Of a DNA stretch of 64,000 nt, positions 29,227-44,140 are shown piece after piece (the first letter of the stretch is position 1; every line of letters begins with the position of its first letter). The notes beneath the pieces were generated by a model, which saw only the letters and a program-made list of their open reading frames with translations, made no database searches and was not told the origin of the DNA. Origin of the DNA: the human T2T-CHM13v2.0 reference genome, Homo sapiens; the NCBI RefSeq assembly GCF_009914755.1, contig NC_060925.1; one strand, 5' to 3'. A program made the translations under genes and the position numbers.

Positions 29227-30542
29227 CCAATCGTATTCTTTTATCTAAATGATTTAGTCAATTTAGAAATAGACTTGAGGACCAAGGATCACATATTACT
29301 TTACTATATATAAAGCAAAGTTGGAGAATGCATCTTGGATCGGCATTCCAAACTTTCTTCCTCCCACATCCTACCTCTTCCTACCTCACAAGTCTAGATC
29401 TTGGGATATGATTACCCCTGCCTGTCTGCTGCACCCCATCCCCTCTCCAAAACAAAATAGTCTAGTGTGATGGGTTAATATTTGCCAAGACAGATACAAA
29501 GAGATCTGCAATCTCCCTTGATCCAGGGAGAATGGATGGCCCTGACAGGAAAGGAGAAAATGATTGCCACATCTTTATGCCTTCTTTCCACAGTGAAACA
29601 GGAGCAAGCAAAAAGACCACAGCTTGCTTTGTGAGTCTAATCACTTTTCCAAATCCTAATGAGAGGAGCACTACTTTGACTGTGGGAAGGAATGAGTAAG
29701 ATATAGAAAAGGGACAGAAATGTCCCCTCTTCCCTTACTGATCTCTCCTGGAAGTGGAATGGAAATCTTTGCCTCTCTATGGAAATTGAGGAGTGGGGTA
29801 ATAAGCACTTCCCTAGAAAGGAAAGAGTCCATGTTAGATGTAAGCAAACTGGCAATATAAGTGCAGGTAAGGTAGTCTAGTCATATGTGGCCCCTAAGTA
29901 GGGAAACATACCTCCCTGTGTACAAAATGTAGGGCCAGAGCACTCTAAGGGAAACAGAAGATAGAAGAGTCAGATAATACATTCAGAACAACAACAACAA
30001 AAAAAATCAAGGTCCTGGGAAAAGATGACTGAAGCTCAGTATATCAATTACATCAATGATTGGATCGCAGGTTGAGCTAGGTGAAAAGGGGAATGTTTAT
30101 TATATGGATGCAAGGGTGATATAAAACTCAGTGGCAAGAATGCAGCCAGACCTTGGGATGCGACCAGAGATGAGAAAGCTGCTGGAAACCAGGAAATAGA
30201 CTCTTCTATTCAAGCTTTGCTTTGCTCTGAACATATGCTTGAGTTTTCTCTTTCCTTGTGGGTGGCATTCTCTGCTCCCTAGTCCACATAACAGAAAACA
30301 TGGGCACCCTCAGCTTCCCAGTTTGCATGTTCTGTATTCAGCCACAGGGAACGAATGATGGAGTGATGGACTATCTCTGTCTTGGTAGCCCTTGCCCTTG
30401 CTTTCAATTCCCATTTCACTGAGAATGGTCACCAACTGTTCTGGCAGAGTCTCACTTCTTCTCCTATCAATCAACTGTGGCCAGGGAGTAAGGTCACATT
30501 GTGCAATATGGTTGTGTCTCTCTCTTTCTGTCCACCCCCCAC

Positions 30543-31105
30543 TCTCAGAGGCCTTTGAACCAAAGCAACTCCATCTTGAATAGGAGCTGGGCAAAATATT
30601 GCTGAGATCTACTGGCTGCATTCCCAAGCAGTTAAGGCATTCCCAGTCACAGGATGAAATAGGAGGTCAGCACAAAATACAGGTCATAAAGACGTTGCTG
30701 ATAAAACAGGTTGCAGTAAGGAAGCTGGCTAAAACCCACCAAAAATCAAGATGGCAATGAGAGTGACCTCTGGTTTTCCTCACTGCTATGCTCCCACCAG
30801 CACCATGACAGTTTACAAATGCCATGGCAGCGTCAAGAAGTCACCCTCTATGGTGAGGCATGAAAAAGGGGAGGCATGAAAAATCCACCCCTTATTTAGC
30901 ATATAATAAAGAAATAATCATAAAAATGGGCAACCAGCAGCCCTTGGGGGCTGCTCTGCCTATGGAATAGCCATGCTTTATTGCTTTGCTTTTTTAATAA
31001 ACTCATTTTCAACTTACTCTATGGACTCTCCTTGAATTCTTTTTTTTTTTTTGAGATCCAAGAACCCTCTGTTGGGGTCTGGATTGAGACCCCTTTCTGG
31101 TAACA
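30543..31105 (+). mobile_element. MER41A solo LTR (ERV1)
   Basis: TCAGAGGCCTTTGAACCAAAGCAACTCCATCTTGAATAGGAGCTGGG...AATAAA...CCCCTTTCTGGTAACA; lacks the GAS block of MER41B. Confidence 0.88.
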
Positions 31106-33760
31106 CAGCTATGAGCTATAGGTGAGGAGCACATTTAAAGGAGGAGGCAAGCTGGGAAGGCACTCCAAAATTATCTTCAGTGCCTGAGTGTCTTCATAGT
31201 CTTCGTTGTCTTCAGTGACTAAGATCAGAAAACAATAAGAAAATTTAAATACATGTAATATGTCCATGCTATGCCCTAGAGATATACTTAAGCAGTCTCT
31301 TGAGAGGAATTCTTTAGAAGACTTTCTTGGGAAGTCAGTTCACACCTGCATTTGGAACCTTAGCAAGAATAAGAAGGCTGCAATTTTCCTGCACCTTTGG
31401 GTTAAATACGTGTACAGAAAGGATTTGGGTTATTGCAAGAAGAACGAAAGGATGTCCTGGAAGAATGTCTGATTCTCACCGCCTCTAGGAATATTTGTCA
31501 AGAAGGAAAAAGTAATGTGGCAGACAGGCCCTCTGTATCTACCAGATGTTCTTTGACAATATGTATTGTTAGAATGGAAATTTAAATTATGAGAACCAGG
31601 CCCATCAAACAATGAAATATCTAGTGACGTTTTGAGTCCTATTCTGTAGGCCTTTCTGAGTATTGCTCTGAGTCTATCCACTATTTCTTTCTTTTTAAAA
31701 ATCGTATGATTTAAGTTGAACACCATGCTATTTTGGTATACATAGTGAAATTACTACAATGGGTGAGCAAATTAACATATCTGTTTATTGAAATGAAGTG
31801 TAAGTTTATCTCCGAGATACTGTTTGGCCTTTCCTTGGATCAGAAAGTACATGAGGAGAACTTTTCTCTGTCTCTTCCTCACTTCAGCCCTTTGGAATTT
31901 CCTTTCAAATGGTGGGAAAATAATAGTAATAAGCACTCAGTGAATGCTAAGTTCTTTACATCTGTGATTTTACTTAATTCTTTCAACAGCCCTGTGAGAT
32001 AGGTGTTTGCACTTTATAAGTATAGAAACTGAGCCTTAGAGAGTTTAAGGAAATAGCCCAAGGTCATGTGACTGGTTAAAGGACCAATCACAAATTGGAT
32101 CCCAGTGCTGCTGATATAAAAGTCTGTACTCTCAAAATAAACACCACAAATATGATGATGTCTGGGAAACATGAAAAGACTATATTTATAATAATTTATT
32201 TATATGACTCTGTTGTAAGAAGAGATGGATTGAAACATTTGATTGTATATGAGAAAAACTTGGAAGTAGATGAGCAAGTAGAGCTTCATAAACTTGATTT
32301 AGTAATTTTCCTGAGTGTACCTGAGTGAGGGTAATGGCTTTCCCCTTCACTCCCAACAAGATTCTTGTCCCACTCACTTATAATGTCAGAAGATTCTTCA
32401 GATTATTTTTTCTTTTCTTAAATTTTGATTATCTTTTATTAATACATAATATTTGTACATGTTTATGTGGTACATGTGATATTTTGTTACATGTATACAA
32501 TGTGTAATGATCAATAATGGTATTTAGGATATCCATCACCTCTGTCATTTATCATTTCTTTATGTTGGGAACATTTTAAATCTTTCATTCTAGCTATTTT
32601 GAAATATACAATGTATTGTCATTAACTATAGTCACTGTCCTGTGCTATTGAACACTAGAATTTATTCCTTCAATTTAACTTTATGTTTGTACTCATTAAC
32701 CAACCTCCCTTCATCACTCCCTCCCCAGCCTCTGGTAACTCTCATTCTACTCTCTACCTCTATGAAATCAGCTTTTTTTCTTTTATTTGCTCCCATATAC
32801 AGGTGAGAACATGCAATATCTGTCTTTCTGTACTTGGCTTATGTCACTTAACATAATGACCTCCAGTTCCATCCAGGTTGCTGCAAATTACAGCATTTCA
32901 TTCTTTAATATGGATAAATAGTATTCCATTGTGTACATACCACATTTTCTTTAACCATTTATTCACTGATGTACTATTAGGTTGATTACATATCTCGGCT
33001 ATTGTTAATAATGCTGCAAAAAACATAGGGGTACAGGTATCCCTTTGGTATACTGCTTTTCTTTCCTTTGGATAAATATCTAGCAGCTGGAGTGCTGGAT
33101 CTTATGGTATTTGTATTTTTAGGTGTTTTTTTTTTTAAGTTCAGGGGTACATGTGCAGGATGTGCAGGTTTGTTATATAGGTAAACGTGTGCCATGGTGG
33201 TTTGCTGCACCTAAGTGGTGTCGCATCACCTAGGTATTAAGTCCAACATCCATTAGCTATTATTCCTGATGCTCTCCCTCCTGGCTTCACACCCTCTGAC
33301 AGGCCCTGGCGTGTATTGTTCCCTGTCATGTGTCCATGTGTTCTCATCATTCAGCTCCCACTTAGAAGTGAGAGCATGTAGTATTTGGTTTTCTGTTCCT
33401 GAGTTAGTTTGCTGAGGATAATGGTGTCTAATTCCATCCATGTCCCTGCAAAGGACATGATCTTGTTTCTTTTTATGGCTGCATAGTATTCCATGGTGTA
33501 TATGTACCACATTTTCTTTATCAAGTCTATCATTGATGGACACTTAGGTTGATTCCATATCTTTGCTATTGTGAATAGTGCTGCAACGAACATACACGTG
33601 CATGCATCTTTGTAATAGAATGATTTATATTCCTTTGGGTATATACCCAGTAATGGGATTGCTGGGTTAAATAGTATTTCTGCCTCTAGGTCTTTGAGGA
33701 ATCATCACACTGTCTTCCACAATGGTTGAACTAGTTTACAATCCCACCAACAATGTATAA

Positions 33761-34102
<342 letters not shown>

Positions 34103-35544
34103 TTGACTTTTTAATAATAGTCATTCTGACTGGCATGAGATGGTATCTCATTGTGGTTTTGATTTGCATTTCTGTAATGATCAGTGATGTTGAGCTTTTT
34201 TTCATGTTTGTTTGTCCCATGTATGTCTTCTTTTGAGAAGTGTTTGTCCATGTCCTTTGCCCACTTTTTAATGGGGTTATTTGTTTTTTTCTCATAAATT
34301 TGTTTCAGTTCCTTGTAGATGCTAGATATTAGGATTTTGTCAGACGGATAGATTGCAAAAATTTTCTTCCATTCTGTAGGTTGTCTCTTCACCCTGATGA
34401 TAGTTTCTTTTGCTGTGCTGAAGCTCTTTAGTTTCATTAGATTCCATTTGTCAATTTTTGCTTTTGTTGCAACTGCTTTTGGCATTTTCACCATGAAATC
34501 TTTGACTGTGTCTGTGTCCTAAATGGCATTGCCTAGATTTTCATCTAGGATTTTTATAGTTTTGCATTTTACCTTTAAGTCTTTAATCCATCTTGAGTTG
34601 ATTTTTGTATATGATGTAAGGAAGGGGTCCTGTTTTAATTTTCTGCATATGGCTAGCCAGTTCTCCCAGCACCAATTATTAAATATTAAATCCTTTCCCT
34701 ATTGCTTGTTTTTGTCAGGTTTGTTGAAGATCAGATGGTTGCAGCTGTGTGGTCTTATTTTTGGGTTCTCTGTTTTGTTCTAGTGTTCTATGTGTCTGTT
34801 CTTGTACCAGTTCCATGCTGTTTTGGTTACTGTAGTCCTGTAGTATAGTTTGAAGTCAGATATTGTGATGCCTCCAGCTTTGTTGTTTTTGCTTGGGATT
34901 GTCTTGGCTATTCAAGCTCTTTTTCATTTTCATATGAATTTTAAAATAGTTTTTCCTAATTCTGTGAAGAATGTCAACAGTAGTTTAATGGGAATAACAT
35001 TGAATTTATAAATTGCTTTGGGCAGTATGGCTGTTTTCACAATACTGATTTTTCCTATCCATGAGCATGGAATGTTTTTCCATTTGTTTGTGTCACCTCT
35101 GATTTCTTTGAGCAGTGGTTTGTAGTTCTCCTTGAAGAGGTCCTTCGTTTCCCTTGTCAGTTTTACTCCTAGGCATCTTATTCTTTTTGTGGCAATTGTG
35201 AATGGGAGTTCATTCATGATTTGGCACTCTGCTTGCCTGTTGTTGGTGTATAGGAATGCTTGTAATTTCTGCACATTGCTTTTGTATCCTCAGACATTGT
35301 TGAAGCATCAGAAGCTTTTAGGCTGAGACAATGGGGTTTTCTAGATATGGGATCATGTCATCTGCAAACAAAGATAGTTCGACTTCCTCCCTTCCTGTAT
35401 GAATACACTTTATTTCTTTCTCTTGCCTGATTGCCCTGGCCAGAACTTTCAATACTATGTTGAATAGGAATGGTGAGAGAGGGCATCCTTGTTCTGTGCC
35501 AGTTTTCAAGAGGACTGCTTCCAGCTTTTGCCCATTCAGTGTGA

Positions 35545-35932
<388 letters not shown>

Positions 35933-38900
35933 GAAAGTTTTTAACATGAAGAAATGTTGAATTTTATTGAAAGCCTTTTCTGCATCTATTGAAATAATCA
36001 CGTGGTTTTTGTCTTTAGATCTATTTATGTGATGAATCACATTTATTGGTTCGCATATGTTGAACCAACCTTGCATCCCAGGGATGAAGCCTACTTGATT
36101 GTGGTGGATTAGCTTTTCGATGTACTGCTGAATTCAGTTTATTGAGGGTTTTTGCATCAATGTTCATTATGATTGGCCTGAGTTTTCTATTTTTGTTGTA
36201 TCTCTACCAGGTTTTGGTATCAGTATGATGCTGGCCTCATACAATGAGTTAGGGAGGAGTCCCTCCTTTTCAATTTTTTGGGGATAGTTTTAGTAGAAAT
36301 AGTACCAGCTCTTCTTTGTACCTTCAGTAGAATTCAACTGTGAATCCATCTGGTCCTGGGCTTTTTTTGGTTGGTAGGCTATTACTGCCTCAATTTCAGA
36401 ACTCATTATTTGTCTATTTGGGGAATCAGTTTCTTCCTGGTTCAGTTTTGGGAGGGTGTATGTGTCCAGGAATTTATCCATTTCTTTTAGATTTTCTAGT
36501 TTATGTGCATGGAGGTGCTTACAGTATTCTCTTGTGGTTGTTTGTATTTCTGTGGTGTCAGTAGTGATGTCCCTTTTATCATTTCTGATTGTGTTTATTT
36601 GAGTCTTCTCTTTTTTTCTTTATTAGTCTAGCTAGCAGTCTATTTTATTATTTTTTTCAATAAATCAACTCCTGGATTCATTGATTTTTTGAAGGCTTTT
36701 TTGTGTTCTGTCTCCTTCAGTTCAGCTGATATTTTTTTTTCTTGTCTTCTGCTAGCTTTGGGGTTTGTTTGTTCTTAGTTCTCTAGTTCTTTTAGTTGTA
36801 AGATTAGGTTGTTAAATTGAGATCTTTCTAGCTTTTTTGATGTGGTCATTAGTGCTATAAATTTCCCTCTTAACAATGCTTTAGTTGTGCCCCAGAGATT
36901 CTGGTACATTGTATTTTTGTTCTCATTGGTTCAATGAACTTCCTGGTATTTGCCTTAATTTCATTATTTGCCTAAGAGTCATTCAGGAGCAGGTTGTTCA
37001 CTTTCTATGTAATTGTATGGTTTTGAGTGAATTTCTTAATTTTGAATTCTAATTTGATTGTGCTGTGGTCTGAGAGACTGTTTATTATGATTTCGCTTTT
37101 TTTGCACTTGCTGAGGAGTGTTTTACTTCTGGGTATGATCAATTTTAGAGTAAGTGCTGTGTGGCAATGAGAAGAAAGTATACTTTGTTGTTTTTGGGTG
37201 GAGAGTTCTATATATATCTGACAGGTCCACTTGATCCAGAACTGAGTTCAAGTCCTGAATGTCTTTGTTAATTTTCTTTCTCAATGATCTGTCTAATATT
37301 GTCAGTGGGATATTAAAGTCTCCCACTATTATTGTGTGGGAGTCTAAGTTACTTTGAAAATCTCTAAGAAATTGCTTTACAAATCTGGGTGCTCCTGTAT
37401 TGGGTGCATATATATTTAGGATAGCTAGATCTTCTTGTTGAATTGAACCCTTTACCATCATGTAATACCCTTTGTTTTTGATCTTTGTTGGTTTAAAGTC
37501 TGTTTTGCCAGAAACTAGGATTGCAACCCCTGCTTTTTCCTGTTTTCCATTTGCTTGGTAAATTTTCCTTCATCCCTTCGTTTTGAGCCTGTGTGTGTCA
37601 TTATGTGTGAGATGGATCTCTTGACAACAGCATACTGATGGTCTTGCTTCTTCATCCAGCTTACCACTCTGTGTCTCTTATCTGAGGCCTTTAGCCCATT
37701 TACATTTAAGGTTAGTGTTGTTACGTGTGGATTTGATCCTGTCATCATGTTGCTAGCTGGTTATTTTGCAGACTTGTTTATGTGGTTGCTACATAGTGTC
37801 ACTGGTCTGTGTATTTTAGTGTATTTTTGTATTGGCTGGTAATGATTTTTACTTTCCATATTTAGTGCTCCTTCAGGAGCTCTTGCAAGGCAGGCCTATT
37901 GGTAACAAATTCTCTTCACATTTGCTTGTCTGAAAATAATCTCATTTCTCCTTTGCTTATGAAGCTCAGTTTGGCTGGATATGAAATTCTGGGTTGGAAA
38001 TTCTTTTCTTTAAGAATGTTGAATTCTTAAAGAATTGGCCCCCCATTTCTTCTAGCTGGTAGGGTTTCTGTGGGGAGGTCCACTGTTAGTCTCATAGGCT
38101 TGCCTTTGTAGATGATATGGCTTTTCTCTTTGGCTGCACTTAACATTTTTTCTTCCATTTTGACCTTGGAGAATCTGATGATTATGTCTCTTGTGCATGA
38201 TATTCTCATGAAGTATCTTACTGTGGTTCTCTGCATTTCCTGAATTTTAATGTTGGCCTGTCTTGCTAGGTTGGGGAAGTTCTCCTGGATGATATCCTAA
38301 AGTATGTTTTCCCACTTGCTTCCATTCTCTCTGTCTCTTTCAGGTACCCCAATCAGTCATAGATTTGGTCTCTACATAATCTCATATTTCTCAGAGGTTT
38401 TGTTCATTCCTTTTCATTTTTTTTCTCTATTCTTGTCTGCCTATCTTATTTCAGAATGATGGTCTTCATGTTCTGAGTTTTTTTCCTGCACTTGGTCTAT
38501 TCTGCTATTAATACTTGTGATTGCATTGTGAAGTTCTTGTAGTGTGTTTTTCAGCTCTAGCATGCTGGTTATGTTCTTCTTTAAACTGCCTGTTTTGGCT
38601 GTCAGCTCCTGTGTTGTTTTATCGTGATTCTTAGCTTCTTTGCATTGTGTTACAACATGTTCCTTTAGCTCAGCAAAATTCATTATTACCCACCTTCTGA
38701 AGCCTAATTCTGTCATTTCAGCCATCAGCCTCAGCCCAAAGGCTCAGCCTCAGCCCTTGCTGGAGAGGTGTTGTGATCATTTGGAGGAAAATGGGGACTT
38801 TTTGAGTTTACAGCATTTTTGTGTTGATTCTTTCTCATCTTGGCGGGCTTATCTACCTTTGATCTTTGAGGTTGCTGATCTTTAGATGGGGTTTTTGTGG

Positions 38901-41900
38901 GGTTTTGTTGTTGTTGTTTTCTCTTTGTTTGTTTTTCTTTTAACAGCCTGCTGACTCTTCCATAGGGCTGCTGCAGTTTGCTGGGTGTCTGCTCCAAACC
39001 CTAGTTGCCTCAGTTTTTCCCATACCTGGAGGCATCATCAGTGAAGGCTGCAATACATCAAAGATGGCAGCCTGCCCTTCCTCTGGAAGCTCCTTCCCAG
39101 GGAAGTACTGACCTATCGCCAGCTGGAACACACCTGTAGGAGGTGGCTGGAGACCCTGGTTGGGAGGTTTCACCCAGTCAGGAGGAACAGGATCATGGAC
39201 CAGCTTAAAGAAGTAGTCTGGCTGCTTTTTGGTAGAGCAGCTTTGTGGTGTCGGAGATCCCTTCAGTGTCTGATGGGTTTGGGGTCTACCAAGGCCCTCA
39301 GGCTGGACCAGCTAAGAAGCTCGAATAACCACAGTGGTGGCCTGCCCTGCCTCTCAGGCACTCTGTCCCAGGGAGAACATGGGCAGGGGTGTCTGAAGGC
39401 CCTGGATGGGAGGACACACCCTATGAGGAGGAGTGGATTGGGGGTCCTGCTTAAAGAAGCAGTCTGGCCATGCCTCCACAAAACAGCTGTGTTGTGGTGG
39501 GGAACTGCCTTTTCCCCTGTCAGATTGGACTCTTTAAAGCCCACAGGCTGGAATGGCTGTCATCCAACCAACCCAGGTGGCAGCCTTCCCCTTCCCCAGG
39601 CACTCTATCCCAGGGAGAGATCAGCACTCTTTCCCTAATACCTGCTGGCAGGCATGGCTGTAGGGTCCAACTGGGAGATCCTGCCCATTGAGAAGTGGGT
39701 CAGGTCCCTGCTTAAAGAAGCAGTCTGCCAATGATCTGGCAAAGCCGCTATGTTGTGCTGCTGGGGAGACCCTTCCTCGTTCAGACTGTCTGGACTCTCC
39801 AAAGCCCAAAGGCTGGAACTGCTGAGTTGACCAAACAGCAGAGATGGTGCCTGCCCTTCACCCCCAACCCCCGACCGGGGCTCTGTCCCATCTCAGACCT
39901 ATTCCATTCTGTTGCTGGTAGCTACCAAGCTGGGATTCCAAGCCAGTAGGTCTTATCTGCTCAGCTCCCTGGATTCTCAGCTCCCTGGATTCTGCCCCTT
40001 CCTAGCGTGCATGCAGTTGTCCCACCTTGCCTGAGTTGCAGACATGTTTGTTGGGGTTCCTGAGGCCAGAGTATCTAAAGCTCCTGGGTCTCTCTGCGTG
40101 CCTGAGCAGCTGCTCTGCCAAGACTCCACACAGCTCTGTGGGTCAGAACCAAGATTCTGATAGCGTGGGCCACAGGGGGATCTCCTGATCTGCAGGTTGC
40201 CAAGATCAATGGGAGAAGCATGGTTTCCCAGCGTCGCACAGTCACTCACCACTCCCTTTGGGTGTGGTTGGGGGTTCCCTTGGCTCCATGTTGTTCCCAA
40301 GTGGGCCATCATCCCACCCTGCTTTTCTTTGTTCTCTGTGTGTTGAATTGTTTCCCTAATCAGTCCCTATGTGAGAACTTGGATATTTTAGTTGAAGGTG
40401 CTGTATTCACTAGCCCCTTTCATTTCTCTCTGTGTTGCTGTAGACTGCAGCTCCTCCTAATTGGCTATGTTGGCCAGAAGTTCTCCTATTTTTACTTTTT
40501 TGAGAAACTTTCATGCTGTTGTTTATAATGGCTGTACCAATTTACATTCCCACCAATAGTGTATAAAAGTTCCTTTTTTCTCTACATCCTCTCCAGAATT
40601 TATTGTCTTTTTGATAATAGCCATCCTAACTAGGGTAAGATGGTATCACATTGTGGTTTTGATTTTCATTTCCCTGATGATTAATAGTGTTGAGCATTTT
40701 TTCATATACTGCTTGGCCATTTGTATGTTTTCTTTTGAGATATGTCTTCTCAGATTCTTTGCCCATTTTAATGAGATTATTTGTTTTTTGCTGTTGAGTT
40801 GTTTGAGCTTCTTGTATATTCTGGATGTTAGCCCCCTGTCAGAAGAATAGTTTGCAAATATTTTCTCCTATTCAACAGGCTATTTGTTCACTCTGTTGAT
40901 TGTTTTCTCTGCCGTGCAGAAGAGTTTTAATTTAATATAGTCTAATTTGTCATTTTTTTCCCCACTGCCTGTGCTTTTGAGATCTTAGCCCTCCCTAAGA
41001 TCTTTGTCTAGATCAATGTCCCAGAGCATTTCCCCTATATCTTCTTCTAGTGGTTTTATAGTTTCAAGTCTTACATTTAAGCCTGTAATCCATTTTGAGT
41101 TGATTCTTTGTATACAGTGTGAGTTTGGGGTCTAGTTTCATTCTTCTGTATATGTATTTCCAGTTTTCTCAGCATCATTTATTGAAGAGGGTGTTCTTTC
41201 CCCAGGGTATGTTCTTGGCACCTTTGTCAAAAATCAATTGGCTGTAAACATGTGGACTTATTTGGGGGTTCTTTATTCCGTTCAGTTTTATCTACATGTC
41301 TGTTTTTATACAAATGTCATGCTCTTTTGGTTACTATAGCTCTGCAGTATATCTGGAAGTCAGGTAGTACGACACCTCCAGCTTTCTTCTTTTTGCTCAG
41401 TATTGCTTTGGCTGTTTGAGCTATTCTGTGGTTCTATACAAATTTTTGGATTGTTTCTCTACATCTGTGAATAATTTCATTCATATTTTGATAGAGATTG
41501 CATTGAATCTGTAGGTTGCTTTGGGCAGTATGGTCATTTTAATGATATTAAATCTTCCAATCTTCAAATTCTTCCAAAAAACGTGGGATGTCTTTTCATT
41601 TGTTTTTGTTCTCTTCAATTTCTTTCATCAGTGTTTTGTAGTTTTTCTTGTAGAGGTCTTTCACCTCCTTGGTTAAATGTATTCCTAGGTACATTTGTTT
41701 GTAGGTATTATAAATGGGATTGCTTTCTTGATTTCTTTCTCAGCTAGTTTGTTATTGGTGTATAGAAATGCTACTTATTTTTACATGTTAATTTTGTATT
41801 CTGCAACTTTACTGAACTTGTTATCAATTCTGACAGTTTTATAGTATAGCCTTTAGGGCTTTTCTATATACAATATTATGTCATTATGTCACCTGCAAAG

Positions 41901-43656
41901 AGGGACAATTCAACTTTCTCTTTTCTAATTTGAATGCATTTTATTTCTTTCTCTTGCCTGATTGCTCTGATGAGGACTTACATTGCTACATTGAATAGAA
42001 GTGGGGAAAGGGAGCATTCTTGTCTTGATCCAGTTATTAAAGGAAAGGATTTCAGCTTTTCCGCATTCAATATGTTGAGCTATGTTCCTTCTATGCCTAG
42101 TTTGTTGAGAATTTTTATAATGAAGGATGTCAAATTTTGTTAAATCCTTTTTGTGTATCAATTTAGATGATCATAAAGTTTTTGTCCTTCATTCTGTTGA
42201 TGTGATGTATCATGTTTATTGATCTGCATACGTTGAACTATCCTTACATCCCTGGGATAAATCCCACTTGATCATAGTGTATTATCTTTTCTTGATGTGC
42301 TGTTGGTTTAAGTTTGCTAACATTTTATTGAGGATTTCTGCATCTATTTTCATCAGGAATATTCGCCTGTGGTTTCCTTTTTTTTGGTGTATGTCTTGGC
42401 CTGATTTTGGTAATGGGTGATGCTGACCTGCTAGAATGAATTAGAGAGAATTCCCTCCTCTGCAATTTTTTGGAATCCTTTGAAGATAATTGGTGCTATT
42501 TTTTCTTTGTAAGTTTGATAGAATTTGGCAGTAGAGCCATCCAGTCCTGGGCTTTTCTCTACTGGGAGATTTTTTATTACTGATTCACTTTCATTACTCA
42601 TTATTTGCCTGTTTGGGTTTTCTACTTCTTTCTGGTTCAATGTTGTACATGTCCTATAATTTATTCATTTTCTCTGGGTTTTCCAGTTTGTTAGCATGTA
42701 GTTGTTCATATTACATATAATATGTAGTTGTTCTTATTACATGTAATTTTTCATATTATATATAACTACCTGTTAGCATGTAGTTGTTCTCTGATAGTCC
42801 TTCGTATTTAAGTGGGATCAGTTGTAATGTCTCCTTTTTTGTTTCTAATTTTATTTGGACCATCTCTCTCTCTTTTTATTATTAGTCTAGCTAGCAGTTT
42901 ATCAATTTTATTTATCTTCTTAAAAAAACAACTTCCCATTGACCCTTTGTATTTTTTTAAATCTCTGTTTAGTTCTGCTCTGATCTTTATTATTTTTTTC
43001 CTTCTGCTAATTTTGAATATGATTTGTTCTTGCTTTTCTATTTCCTTGATGTGCATCGAGAGGTTCAGATTATCTTTAAGAGGAATGGCCATTCTGAAGA
43101 GGGCTGGGGCTGGTGCTAGATCTTGAGATGATCCCACTGGCAGCAGACCTCTGGTTGAGAGAGCTAGACCTCTACTGGAAAGACTAATCCTGTGGCCAGG
43201 CCTGAGGCAAATGCTCACCATACAAGAAGATTATCCAGAAAGACATTCTGAGCCTTTTCTGATCAAATCCTGGACCTGTCCTTTCTTGGTCTTTCACTCT
43301 CTTTACTTGTCTTAAAGAGATTTATCATCTCTTCTTCATTAACATAGTGTATTATTAAATCACTCCTCTCAATATGCACTAAGGAGGTATTTAATAAACT
43401 TTTATCTTCATTTGAGTATTTATAATCCATTTATTTAGATTTAAGACATTTCAAAAATTGTGTAAACGTAATTTTTGTTTGTTTGTTTATTTAAAGAAAA
43501 TATGTGTGGTAATTAACTTAACCACACAGGTAACCTGAACTTTAAATTGTTTGGTTTTTGGTCTATTCACTCTGTCTCAGAGAATACTACAGAAGAGTTG
43601 ACTTTTCTTTTTGTCATTTGAAATTTGATGAAAGTATAGGCCCCTTTTCTGGATAA

Positions 43657-43659
43657 ACA

Positions 43660-43701
<42 letters not shown>
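43657..43701. repeat. (CA)n microsatellite
   Basis: About 22 units with one TA interruption. Confidence 0.95.
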
Positions 43702-43703
<2 letters not shown>

Positions 43704-43914
43704 TAATTTTATATATCGATTTAAGATAATTGCTATAGTACAAATCATTACAGTGGTAAAAATATCATTTATATTGAGTTTCTTTTGCAAGCTTATAAAA
43801 TTCCCTAATTTTATAAATAGTATGTATATTAGAAGATATCTGTAATCTTGAAACTTAGAGATGGAGCTGACTTTAGAAAGTTCTAATTCAACATCTAACT
43901 CAGACTTTTGATGT

Positions 43915-44140
43915 TAAGTAATAATCGTACATATGTATTGCTATTTGCTAGGCACTTCCGTAAATGCTTTAAATATACTAAATTCTCATAATATTCCTAA
44001 GAGATAGGTACCATTTTCATCTTGTTTCACAGAACAGTAAATTGAAGCATAAAAAAATGTAAGTAACTTACCAGAAGTTACATAGCTAGAGTTGAACCTT
44101 GGCAGTGTGAGTCTCTGAGATCCTCATCACCATGCTACAT
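43915..44140 (-). mobile_element. MIR SINE
   Basis: GAGATAGGTACCATTTTCATCTTGTTTCACAG...AAGTAACTTACCAGAAGTTACATAGCTAG. Confidence 0.6.
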
